A stretch of 64,000 nucleotides of DNA, taken from positions 26,042,001 to 26,106,000 of the forward strand of contig CM059432.1 in the NCBI GenBank assembly GCA_030390025.1, read 5' to 3'. A program made the translations under genes and the position numbers. The notes beneath the pieces were generated by a model, which saw only the letters and a list, made by a program, of their open reading frames with translations, searched no databases and had not been told where the DNA came from. The stretch comes from Squalus acanthias. Its lineage: Eukaryota. Shown in pieces: positions 50,761 through 62,605 of this stretch (its first letter is position 1; every line of letters starts with the position of its first letter).

Positions 50761-50843
50761 CTTTGGCCTTGATTGTTGTAGTTGTTATCATACGAGTCAT
50801 AACCTTGATCTTCATAGGTTGCTCCATAGCCATCACCATATGC
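50761..50843 (-). CDS. KHDRBS3: Coding exon (83 nt) of the same KHDRBS gene, Tyr-rich region
   Basis: Minus strand reads ctttgaaactttAG|GCA TAT GGT GAT GGC TAT GGA GCA ACC TAT GAA GAT CAA GGT TAT GAC TCG TAT GAT AAC AAC TAC AAC AAT CAA GGC CAA AG|GTaac = [27 protein letters not shown](S). Human KHDRBS3 is recalled as [28 protein letters not shown]. The terminal AG plus the first C of the next exon gives AGC (Ser), in frame. Confidence 0.9.
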
Positions 50844-51049
50844 CTAAAGTTTCAAAGAGGAGCAGTGACTATACAGTATACACATGTTATTCTCAAACAC
50901 ATTTTCAAAAATAGAACTGGTTTTACTTTAAACATTTGAATATCTCATTGGAATTCATCACAATCTAACTAGAACTGTAAATTAGACTTTTGGAACTGGT
51001 CTGGTACAACAATGACAGTTAAACAGTAAAGGAAAATGTTGTCCAACTT

Positions 51050-51450
51050 TCTTCCTTTCTCTTCTTAAGGTGTTAAGTCACCCTGAGAAATGGTTCCATG
51101 AACAATCAGCAGCCCTCCAATACCTTGTCCAAGTAACCATTCTTCATGTCGGTGTAGACAGCAAGGTCTGTAGCTTGTTCAACTGTGGTTAGCATCAGAA
51201 CCAAGCACAATCGTATTCTTCCTTGATGTCCACGCACACACTCCAGCAATGATCAAATGGGAGCATTGAGTCATCTCTCCCCACCCCACCCCCTACCACT
51301 CCTGGGACACGGATGCCAAATGCAGTGTCCCAAGTGTTGCCATGGCTGACATTAGCCAACTCAATATAGACAGGGAATCAAAATTGGCACATTCTGGTGT
51401 GCCTGGCTTAGTGATACATTGAGTGCTACATTTACCCATTAGCTCATTCG
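51050..51450 (-). mobile_element. Old tRNA-derived SINE, near full length
   Basis: Decayed head gagctaatgggtaaatg...ttgattccctgtct...gagttggct; related fragments at ~28490-28605 and possibly ~11440-11595. Confidence 0.5.
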
Positions 51451-52442
51451 CACAGTCAGATAGCAAAAGCTATATTAAAACAGACCTGAACATTCAGTTT
51501 AAACCTTATCCATTGTTTTGAGATAAGGGTAGACCTGAGCTAATGAAAGAATATTCTGTATCTGCACAATAGTGTTTGCACCATTTATAATACAAGTTTA
51601 TTTGAACAGTTCCACTGCAACAGTTCAAATCCAAGCCTGAAGCAAAACCCATTGGCTTGTACAGTGGTCGACTTGAAGGTCACACATTAGGTGGCTGTAA
51701 CAGCCAAAGAGCAATCCTCAGGCATTTTAGACGGATACGAGTGGAGTGTTTCTATTTATATGAACACAGCAGGTTGACATATATATACTGTGGCAACATA
51801 ATGGGGGCTGGGAGGCACAGGCAATTACCAAAGGCTCTGCGTGGGTTTCTGAAATTTAAAGCCACGGCTGGAACTAATAGTTAACATTTCAGTATAAAGA
51901 GCATCTCCTCTGAAATCTTAAATCGAAGTTATGCAGCTCCTGTATGCAATCATAATAATGTTTGCAGTAACAATGCCTTGCTCTCAGAACACAGATGACC
52001 AAAACCACTTTCTGTCCTTATAAAGATGTTCAGTTAAAAGCTCATTGGAATAATGACAAACAAAATCTAAAATGGAGGATGCATGTCAGTAAAAGAGAAA
52101 AACAGATATGTAGGTCAAAAGTCATTTTTTTTGGATAAAAGAGGTTACAAACCATAAGTTTTGAAAAACAGCGAAAATTAAAGTTAAAAGAAAATAAAGA
52201 ATAGAATAAAAAAGAAACAACAGGGCTCGCTGTTTTTCCACTTTTTAAAGACAAAACTAGTAGATATCCCATGCAGTTGCTCAGAGGGATTATGTATTTA
52301 TGTAGAATAGTATTGGTGTTCAGGAGTTATTGAGACAGATGGCACTTGGTATATTTTCCATACATCACACTGTTACCCTGTGCATATATCTTTCAACTTC
52401 AGAAAGGAATATGGAAATATGTAAAAAGCATCATAAGTCATT

Positions 52443-53591
52443 GGCCTGGAATTTGTGGTTGTAATGACGGTGAAACGGTCAGCGCTTGCCGTCATTACTA
52501 TGTAAAACGGACAGCAACTTCTGGCGTCTGCACATGCGCAGTTAAACGCGGAAATCTGGATGTTGCTGTCAGTGATGCCCTGCTCATCCACAGGGTGCAC
52601 TGCTGCAGTCTTCACAAATGCAATCAACACAGATCAGTGATTTGACATGAACTTCCAACTTTTTACACACTATTTTCCACTGTAAAAACCATTGAAAATG
52701 CGAAGCCTTGTTGAAGGAGGTGTAACTGGGTTTTTAACAGGTAACCAAGTCATAATTACTGCTGAATAACCTCTCTGATCCTGGAAAACTAATTTTATAG
52801 GTGTGGAGTGTCATTCCCTCCATTTCAAGATAAAAAATCCATGGGGGAAAAATTGGGTTGCTTTGTGCCTCCCGTTAGGAGGGGTCGCAAAGCACCTAGT
52901 GCCTGGGCGTGCCGCCGCTAACGCCTGCTGCGAAATTCAGCGGGAGGTTAGCGGCGGCGGTAACCGTTAGCGCCCCGCGGCGCTGCGCCGCGCCTCCGGC
53001 GATGATGTCATTGCCGTGCGCAGCACCCCAGCCGCAAACTTCGTTTGCGTCCCCTGACCTACTGCCAGACGCTATGTCCGACAGGGTCAGGATGCCGTGT
53101 TTGCAACCGCGGCAGCGCAAATTAAAGGGCAGATGCCGGGTGGCCATTTTTTTGTGCCGCCTGCCAGCACCTGCCCCCTTTCACCTCCTCCTGTGGGGTG
53201 CCGGCCGCGATCGGTCAGCCGGGCAATCCTCTTGAGTGCCGGGCTCTTTTGCTGGCACCCCGCTCCCCGGTGGTCTAGCAAATCGCACTGGCAGAATGAA
53301 AGACAGCTGCCATGTGGGAGGAGAGAAAAAGACACAGACAAAAAGTGTGGATAAAAAATATATATTCTATATATCCTGCTTTTTTCCAGTTCTGACGAAA
53401 GGTCATCGACCTGAAACGTTAACTCTGTTTCTCTCTTCACAGATGCTGCCTGACCTGCTGAGTATCTCCAGCATTTTCTGTTTTTATTAGGGGAAACCAA
53501 TGCTCTAGAGCCCGCTAAATCTTTGTGGGCAGCTTTCTTCGAGGTCAGTGGCAATCACTGCTACTTCGCCACTGACCGCAAAATCCGGGCC
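52443..53591. mobile_element. Harbinger-type MITE with nested MITE fragment (52843-53280) and Penelope tail (53383-53490)
   Basis: TIRs ggcctggaatttgtggt and accgcaaaatccgggcc. The nested piece is the reverse complement of the right part of 15449-16135. Confidence 0.75.
53387..53424 (+). ncRNA. Minimal type I hammerhead ribozyme motif in a Penelope-like element end
   Basis: agtt-CTGACGA-A-[aggtc atc gacct]-GAAA-cgt-t-aact: conserved core boxes, 5-bp stem II, palindromic ACGT helix III and 4-bp helix I (agtt/aact). It is followed by the Penelope-associated gatgctgcctgacctgctgag motif. Confidence 0.7.
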
Positions 53592-53914
53592 AATTTTTAG
53601 ATAAGTTAAATTAGAACCAGACACTTTTAATAAATGTTTCATTGAATTCTGTTGAGATGCACTTCTATCTCTTGCTATTTAATTAGCATTATTACTGTAA
53701 TACTAGTATTATTTTCAGAATCATAATGTACTGTTTAGTCCAGGCACAGGAGTTTCCCTGAACCTGACAGCTATCCAAGGGTTAAGGTTACTGGCAAGTA
53801 TAGCTGAAAAGGAATTGCAATGCAAATCACTGGTTCCATTAAATTTTCTTTTGGGAGTAGAGAGCAAGCAAGAGGAAGAACATACCTATCACCGATGAGA
53901 CACATCTCTGGAAA

Positions 53915-54260
53915 ATACCTCAGGATGGTGTGCGGCTTGGAGGGGAATCTGGAGGTGATGGTGTTCCCATGCATCTGCTCCTAGGTTATGGATGTCGCAG
54001 GTTTGGGAGGTGCTGTCAAGGAAGCCATGGCAGGTTGCTGCAGTGCATTCTGTAAAGCGTACACACTGCAGTCACAGTGCACCGGTGGTGGATTGAGTGG
54101 ATGTTTAAGGGAGTAGATGGGCTGCCGATCAAGCGGACTGCTTTGTCCTAGATGGTGTTGAGCTTCTTGAATGTTGTTGCAACTGCACCTCTCCAAGCAA
54201 GTGGGGAGTACTCCATCCTCCATCACACTCCTGACTTGTGCCTTATAGGTGGTTGGAGAG
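53915..54260 (-). mobile_element. CR1-Zenon-like LINE fragment
   Basis: TTYKAQVRSVME..., homologous to ~8600-8940. Confidence 0.85.
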
Positions 54261-55409
54261 GTTTGTGTAATTTTATCTACTTTCATCTAGGTCCTTCTAG
54301 TTATTGATGTAGCATTCACTGTCTGTGTACTTCCATGCTTGCCTACTCCTCTGCACATTTGGGGCTCTCCTTCACATCAAAAAATGCCATTGCAACACTC
54401 CATTATACGGTTCGTAAATCTTGCACTGCTTGACAGTCAAAGTGCGATTTTCTCTGTTGGAGCTAAGCCATTCTCTAATACTATGATTATGCACACCACA
54501 GCTGAATTAACAAATTTTCCAATATTTATGCTGGTTAGATACCTTAATTGCTGGAGACATGTTAAAGCTTCATTATAGTGAATCATCATTTAACTAAAAT
54601 CTTTTAATGGAGGGAGAAAGAGACGGGAAATAACTCTTAAATGGGAGTTTGAATAAACTGTTCACTGTAATTGTGTCAAGTTCCCAGAACAACTCTTTAT
54701 CCCTTAAGCTCCTAAACCAGTAACAAGCCAGTCCTGTGTGATGATCCTCCAGTTGATCATCACCCTGGTCTTAATCAGAATTGTTCCAGAACCAAAGATG
54801 AGACCCCCATGGAACAAGCCTGGCAAGTGTAGTACTGGATTTAATGGGTGGGAGCTGTGAACTTCCATTTCAGCTGATGGCTCTTGCAAGAAAGCACAGA
54901 AGAGTGCAGAGCCAAAAAAGTGGCTGGTTTTTAACTTCTGCATTAGAGAAACTGAATTTAAAAAAAAACTAGCAATGCTTGAACAAACTGACTGGAATTG
55001 GTGAAATTAGCATTAATGAAATTAGTGAAGTTGATATGAATGAAATCTATATTGCTGTGATGGACAGCTAGAAGGGCTGATTGAATCTTTGTCAGCCTAT
55101 TTAAGCTAGCTACTGATCTGTCTGAAAAAGAAAATGCAGCTTTTAGGGTCTGTAGTAATTAAACAGAATTTGATGACTGAGCTATAAAGTTTTAAAGAAG
55201 GTTGGAAGACACATCTCTCATTTAGCTAATAGAAATGTTGTTTGTGTAAGATTTAAATAGTACACGTGTGCCATGATTTAGTGCTAATTAAATTGTATTC
55301 ATAGAAATCTCATTTAAAAAATTTGCATTCCAATGATTTTAGTAGTCCGTTAACCTTGCCAAAAGGCAGGAATTTTGCCCATTTTTAAAATGTATATATT
55401 TTTAATACT

Positions 55410-56925
55410 CATTTTTTGGATATGGGCATTGCTATCAAGGCCAGCATTTATGGCTCATCCTAAGTTACCCTTGAGAAGGTGGTGGTAAGCCGCCTTCTTG
55501 AAACGCTGCACTTCAGCGGTGCAGTGAAGGTGCTGCCACAGCGCTGTTAGGTAGGGAGTTCCAGGATTTTGAACCAGTGATGATAAAGGAATAGCGATAT
55601 ATGTCCAAGTCAGGATGATGCATCCTGCAGATAGTACACACTGCAGAGCCACGGTGAGCCAGTGGTGGAGGGAGTGGATGTCTAAGGTGGTGAACGGGCT
55701 GCCGATCAACACACGACTTTGTCCTGTATGGTGTCGAGCTTCTTGAGTGTTGCTGCAGCTGCACCTATCTAGGCAAGTGGAGAGTATTCCATCACACTCC
55801 TGACTTGTGCCTTGAAGGTGGTGGAGAGGCTTTGAGAAGTCAGGAGGTGAGCCACTCGCCACAGAATACCCACCTTCTGACCTGCCCTAGTAGCTATGGC
55901 ATTTATGTAGCTGGTCTAATTAAGTTTCTGCTCAATGGTGACCCCCCAGGATCTCGATGGTGGGGAAATTCAGCATTGGTAATGCCACTGAATGTCAAGG
56001 GGAGGTGGTTAGACTCTCTTGTTAGAGATGGTCATTGCCTGACATTTGCGTGGTGTGAATGTTATTTGCCACTTATCAGCCCAAGCCTGGAGGTTGTCTA
56101 GGTCTTTCTGCATGCGGGAATGGACTGCTTCATTATTGGAGGAATTGTGAATGGAACTGAACACTCTGCAATGATCTGCGAACACTTCTGATCTTACGAT
56201 GGATGGAAGGTCATTGATAAAGCAGTTGAAGATAGTTGGGCCTAGGATGCTGCCCTGAGGAACTCCTGCAGCAATATCCTGGGGCTGAGATAATAGGCCT
56301 CCAATAACCACAGCAACTTTCCTTTGTGCTAGGTAGGTCTCCAGCCACTGGAAAGTTTTCCCCTGATCCCCATTGACTTCAATTTTACTAGTGCTCCTTG
56401 CTGTCACACTCGGCCAAATGCTGCCTTGATGTCATGGGCAGTCACTTTCACCTCACCTCTGGAATTCAGCTCTTTTGTCTATGTTTGAACCAAGGCTGTA
56501 ATGAGGTCTGGAGCAGAGTGGTCCTGCATCGGTGAGCAGCTTATTAGTAAGTGCTGTTTGATAGCACTGTCAACGTTTCCTTCCATCACTTTGATTTTGA
56601 TTGAGAGTAGGGTGATATAATGATAATTGGCCAGGTTGGATTTATCCTGGTTTGTGTGTACAGGACATACCTGGGCAATTTTCCACATTGCCGGGTAAAT
56701 GCCAGTGATATAACTGTACTGGAACACCTTTGCTAAAGGCACGATTAGTTCTGAAGCATAGGTCTTCAGCACTACAGCTGGGATATTGTCAGGACCCCTG
56801 GCCTTTGCTGTGTGCAGTGCGCGCGGCCGTTTCTTGATATCACGTGGAGTGAATCGAATTAACTGAAGACTGGCATCTGTAATGGTGGGGACCTCAAAAG
56901 GAGGCAGAGAATGATCATCCACTCA
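55410..56925 (-). mobile_element. 5'-truncated CR1-Zenon-like LINE with internal deletions
   Basis: GPDNIPAVVLKT, GVPQGSILGPTIF, WADKWQITF, HSLHH; 3' end as at 9085-9130. Confidence 0.92.
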
Positions 56926-57139
56926 GCCTTTTCATTTGCACTTTCAGGCCTTTTTGAAAGACTAAATCACATCTTTTCTAGGTAGTTCCAATCTCTCCTT
57001 AACCTAATATTTGTGGCAATTGTAATTTTGAAAATAAAACCAGACAAGTCCGAATACCACCCTATCCAGTACAGGTGATGTACTGAACCAGAATTAACTG
57101 GAACGATTTAAGGCAGTCTGTTCCAACGTTATGTAATGG

Positions 57140-59130
57140 GACGTAATGGGACTAAGCGGCGACAAATCCACTGGACAGGACGACCAATATCCTAGGGTTT
57201 TAAAAGAGGTAGCTGCAGAGATAGTGGATGCACTGGTATTACTCTTCCAGAATTCCCTAGATTCTAGAACAGTCCCCAAGGATTGGAAGGTAGCAAACAT
57301 AACCCCGCTGTTTAAGGAGGAAGAGAAAAAACGGGGAACTATAGGCCAGTTAGCCTGACATTAGTAGTAGGCAAAACGCTAGAATCTATTATTAGAGACG
57401 TGGTAACAGGGCACTTAGAAAATAATAATAGGATTGGGCAGAGTCAACACGGATTTATGAAACGGAAATCGTGTTTGACAAATTTATTAGAGTTTTTTGA
57501 GGATGTAACTAGTAGGATGGATAAGGGGGAACCAGTGGATGTAGTATATTTGGATTTTCAAAAAGCATTCGATAAGGTGTCACACAAGAGGTTATTACAC
57601 AAAATTAGAGCTCATGGTATTGGGGGTAATATATTAGCATGGATTGAGGATTGGGTAATGGGACAGAAAACAGAGAGTAGGAATAAATCGGACTTTTTCA
57701 GGTTGGCAGGCTGTAACTAGCGGGGTACTGCAAGGATCAGTGCTTGGGCCTCAGCTATTTACAAGCTATATTAATGACTTAGATGAAGGGACTGAGTGTA
57801 ATGTATCCAAGTTTGCTGATGATACAAAGTTAGGTGGGAAAGTAATCTGTGAGGAGGACACAAAGAGGCTGCAGAGAGATATAGACAGGTTGACTGACTG
57901 GGCAAAAACATGGCAAATGGAATACAATGTGGGGAAGTGTGAAGTTATCCACTTTGGTAGGAAAAACAAAAAAGCAGAATATTTTTTGAATGGTGAGACT
58001 GGGAAATGTTTGCACTCAGAGGGACCTGGGTGTCCTTGTACATGAATCACTGAAAGTTAACATGCAGGTACAGCAAGCAATTAGGAAAACAAATGGTATG
58101 TTAGCTTTTGTTACAAAAGGATTAGAGTATGAGTTAGGAAGTCTTTCTGCAATTATACAGGGTATTGATGAGGCCACACCTGGAGTACTGTGTACAGTTC
58201 TGGTCTCCTTACCTAAGGAAAGACATATTTGCCTTAGAGGGAGTGCAGCGAAGGTTCACTAGACAGTTTCCTGGGATGAGGGGATTGCCCTATCAGAAGA
58301 GATTGAGTAGACTAGGCCTATATTCCTTAGAGATTAGAAGAATGAGAGGTGATCTAATTGATATATATAAAATTATTAAGGGGTCTGACAGGGTTAATGC
58401 TGGGAAAATGTTTCCCCTGGCTGGGGAATCTAGAACACAGGGTCACAGTCACAGAATAAGAGGTAGGCTATTTAGGACTGAGATGAGGAGAAATTTCTTC
58501 ACTCAAAGGGTTCCAATCTTTCAAAATTCCCTAGATTCTGGAATGCTCCCAGCGGATTGGAAGGTCGCGAATGTAACACTGCTATTCAAGAAAGGAGGGA
58601 GAGAAAAAACAGGGAACTACAGGCCAAATAGCCTGACATCAGTCGTTGGGAAAATGCTGGAATCCATTGTTAAGGAAGTGGAATCAGGGAACTTAGAAAA
58701 TCATAACGATTCGGCAGAGTCAACATGGTTTTATGAAAGGGAAATCGTGTTTGACAAATTTATTAGAGTTTTTTGAGGATGTAACTAGCAGGGTAGATAA
58801 AGGGGAACCAGTGGATGTAGTATATTTGGATTTCCAAAAGGCATTCGGTAAGGTGCCACATAAAAGGTTACACAAGATTAGGGCTCATGGGGTTGGGGGT
58901 AATATAGTAGCATGGATAGAGGATTGGTAAATGGACAGAAAACAGAGAGTAGGGATAAACGGATCTTTTTCAGGTTGGCAGGCTGTAACTAGTGGAGTGC
59001 CGCAAGGATCGGTGTTGGGGCCTCAGCTATTTACAATCTATATTAATGACCTAGATGAAGGGACCGAATGTAATGTATCCAAGTTTGCTGCTGATACAAA
59101 GCTAGGTGGGACAGTAAGCTGTGAGGAGAA
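57140..59130 (+). mobile_element. Two adjacent CR1 RT fragments (57140-58511 and 58512-59130)
   Basis: Both contain KSCLTNLLEFFEDVT...DFQKAF...KFA.D. The second restarts at PIFQNSLD directly after NFFTQRV of the first. Confidence 0.9.
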
Positions 59131-59458
59131 CATATGTCATTAAAAAGCTTTTATAAAACAGCTTTTAACTGCGAGATGGAAGGAAATTGGATAGATGACA
59201 ACTAAACTGGTTTACATCTGCAAGTAATCTACATAAAATACCACCATAGGGCACAACCTCAGTGCATCACCCCTGTAGTCTCTGTAGCAGAACAAGCAAT
59301 CACTCAGTTTATTCACTGACATTCATTTTAAAGCAATTTCAGTGGACCTTCCAAAATTATGACTAACAAAGGAGGTGAAATAGCTTTCACTGAAAAAAAT
59401 TGAGGAAAATTTGTTTTTTTACTTGAAGAAACAATATACTTGTAATACCTGTCTCATA

Positions 59459-61044
59459 ATGGATTCAGGATACTCAAGGGCTGCGCCTCGATTTAATGAT
59501 GCATCGTTTGATGCACTGCTGGGGATAGTGAGGATTCAGAGAGATACTCATCTCCAGCAACGGGAGGAAGAAACCTGCTGCTGCAACAAAGGAAGAGTGG
59601 CCAAGGAGGTCGGCAGCAGGAGCACTGTGCCACGCTCCTGGCTTTGGTGTACGAAGCGCTTTAATGACCTAACCAGGTCAGGAAAGGTAAGTACAGTTGC
59701 ACATTCACCTACATCCTGTTCTGCGCATCACCACCCCCCCCACTCTGCCTTATAAAGCCTACTCCTTCACGTCACTCCTCACACCCACTTACCTTGCAAG
59801 TGCACCCATCATTCTCTTTTCATGCACTTTCTCACATCTCCATCCACCACTGCAACTTACCCTCATCGTTATGCAATTTGATGCCTCTCCCTGATAGTCA
59901 CCCTCACCAAATACACTACATCCATCGGGTGAACACATACCATTACAGTCACTCATTACTTTCTCCCATTGTAGAAAAGAGCCCAGAACACTAGAGAGTG
60001 GGAGAGAACCAGAGGCGGTCCTTCACAGATTTTCCAGTTAATAACTGCAGAGGAGTAACACACTGGAGATCAGTGGCGCTTTGGAATCTCTGACCGTCGG
60101 AGATGGGGAGATTGAGACCTCCCAGAATTAAATGTCAGCGACCCACATGTCATAAAACAGTCAGTTTTTAGCAGCGAGTGAAATATGATCATCTTCAGAA
60201 TGATAAGTTGCAACATTCTGATCTTGCCAGTACTAATTCAGGTCTTTTTTCTCTGCCACGGCCTTCACGCATACAGCAGCAGTCAGTGGACCTCGTGGAC
60301 AAGGAATCCTCAGAGGAGCGGATTCCTTCCTAGTGTGCCTGGTCACAGGATTCATGCTTACCATGCACCAGCGCAGACACTCAAACTTTGGTGGGTCCAG
60401 TTAAGACAGATAGTTGGGTTTTCACCTGGCGACTCACAGTTCACAAGTGAGCTAGAGCATACAGTGGTGGCAGGTACAGCTGTTGAGAATCTGCGTCGAA
60501 GGACGCAACCCTTTCCAAGCTCTGCTCAGCTGGACATAGATGCTGTACCCTGGGGGCCATTGAGGAAAAGCATAACCATTGAGGGGCAGCAGAACATTTG
60601 CGACATACTGGCAGGCTTTCTGTGCAAACTGTCCACAAATGCAGAATGGAAGAATCCACCTTAAGCATGGGTGGATTGATGTCGCAGGGCATTGCAAGAG
60701 TGTCTTCTTCCGTGGATGAAGTGGTCAACTCCGTGGAATATAAATCGCGGCAATCAAATGAGTCCATGCAGGCCTTGACCACAGCCGTGCAGACTCTCGA
60801 AGTACTGCTCTTCCAAGAGGTCAAGGAAGAGGAGCCTCTGCCTCTACACCCTGTTACACGGGTAGTGCCTCCTGCGAGCCTGACCCCTCTGCTGTTGCTC
60901 CCCTCTTTCCAGGTCTCTGAACAGCAGGCTGTTGCTGCTGCTGATGGTGATCTTGCTCCTCGTCTGACGTCCAATCAAGGTGAGGACTGCTACATCCAGG
61001 AGGTAAGTGCCTTTACACCAACCTCCTGGATCCAGGGTCCCTGA
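59459..61044 (+). mobile_element. Degraded Harbinger Myb/SANT gene
   Basis: MDSGYSRAAPRFNDASFDALL...VAKEV...RSWLWCTKRFNDLTRSGK|gtaagt. Second exon KRAQNTREWERTRGGP from ~59975. The third exon is similar to 38158-39023 (SSAQLD.DAVP.GP). Confidence 0.8.
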
Positions 61045-61059
61045 CTAATTCACTCCCCG

Positions 61060-61665
61060 CTATCGGAGATCACCCCACGAGGCCCCCTTCCCCACTGATG
61101 ATCCACAGGCCAGTGCCATTCCTCTCTCCTCCCCTACCGAAGCTTCCCCCCCACCCCCGGATGCTCCAGCCCCAAACATTGCTTCTCTCCCTCTGCCCGC
61201 CGCCACAACCGCCCCGCACCCGCCCCCCCCCCCCCCCGCAACGATGCTCTGGTCCGGATCGTCTCTCTCACTCACCCGATTCTCCGGCTCCAATGCTTCC
61301 CTACCACCTGCCGATCCCCCGGCCCAGATGCTTCCCTCCCTCACCCACCCGCCGCCGCCGCCCCCTCCCCCCCCCCGATGCTCTGACTTCAATGCGTCCA
61401 TCCCTCAGCACCCCCCCCCGCCGACCCAGATTCTTCTCTCCCTCACCCCCCCCCCCGATGCTCTGACCTCAATGCATCCCTCCCTCAATTGTCCCTCCCA
61501 CCTCCTGATCCTCTGGCCCCTATCTTCTCTCCCACCCCTTGATGCTCAGGAGTCCGGCCCTGATCCATTCCTCCCGACACCCCCCCGCCCGCCCCACCCT
61601 CCCCCCCTCCAATGTTCAGCAGTCCAGCCCTGATCATTCTTTCTTTACCCCTTGTCCCGATGCTC
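61060..61665. repeat. C-rich low-complexity tandem region (ccc..gatgctc / cccgatc units)
   Basis: Repeated C-runs punctuated by gatgct/gatc; G-rich on the minus strand. Confidence 0.8.
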
Positions 61666-61849
61666 AGGAGCAATGTTCCCTCTAATTTTTTTTGTACTGA
61701 GCGGGCCATTTGAGTGCGACCTTTTCGTCCGTGAGCAAATTTTACAACGACGACAACTTTTACAATAACGACAGCAACAGCAACCATTTAAAAGCATATA
61801 TACAGTAATGCTGTATTGCCCCCCCCCCCCTGCCCCCACCGTCTGAAAT

Positions 61850-62152
61850 CATGAGACAATCAGACAAGGTTTGATACAGGTTTAACATAACTTCTCTGCT
61901 TTTGAATTCTATTCCTCTAGAAATGAACCCCAGTGCTTTATTTGCAATTTTATGGCTTTTTTAACCTGCGTTGCTACTTTTAATGCTTTGTGAATCTATA
62001 CCCCTAGATCCCTTTGCACCTCTACCCATTTAGATTCTTATTTTCCAAGGAGTAGGTTGCCTCCTTATTCCTCCTACCAAAATGTACCACCTCACACTTA
62101 TCTATATTGAAATTCATTTGTCATTTACATGCCCATTCTGCAAGTTTGTTTA
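61850..62152 (-). mobile_element. Old CR1 RT fragment
   Basis: Minus strand W..KW.M.FNIDKCEVVHFGRRN...VQRDLGV...ANKALGFISRGIEFKSREVMLNLYQTL. Confidence 0.8.
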
Positions 62153-62605
62153 TGGTAGAATTAATCATGTACAAATTCTATTAAAAAAATACTTGTTAGA
62201 AATGACTGTGATCTTAAAGAACTGCATAATAATGCATTAACACTTCAGAAACATCTCTCAGTTACAAGGGTTATGCATCGACAAACAATCCAAAAGCCCA
62301 AGGGGAGCTGAAAGAAGCATATCTATTTGTGCAATTAGTATTAATTTTAAACTTTACAATGTATTAGCCCATCCCTCATGTCACTATAGCAATGGCTGCA
62401 CAAGCAGCAGGAGCAGAGGCTTTCCTATGGCGCTGACGTGCTGTACGTCCACATAAGTAATTAGAATATTAATCACAATGCAACCAGACAACCAACAAAT
62501 ATAAAATGCTGTAGTTCTTTAGTTAACAGTGTTAAAAAGAATTGAACAATTGAACAAGAACGGGTATCCATGTTTTCAACTTCAGTCACTTCCTTTAATA
62601 AACGT

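Noticed and set aside
50573..50839. Track ORF MVMAMEQPMKIK... (88 aa) and the opposite-strand hydrophobic ORF 50742-50939
   Set aside because: These are wrong-frame and antisense readings of the KHDRBS exon running into a SINE or intron; the true frame is the Tyr-rich one bounded by splice sites.
61670..61720. caatgttccctctaatttt, resembling a hAT-type terminal repeat
   Set aside because: No matching opposite end or 8-bp TSD found, so too weak to call.
61060..61840. Pro-rich and Gly-rich ORFs
   Set aside because: Artefacts of C-rich low-complexity sequence.
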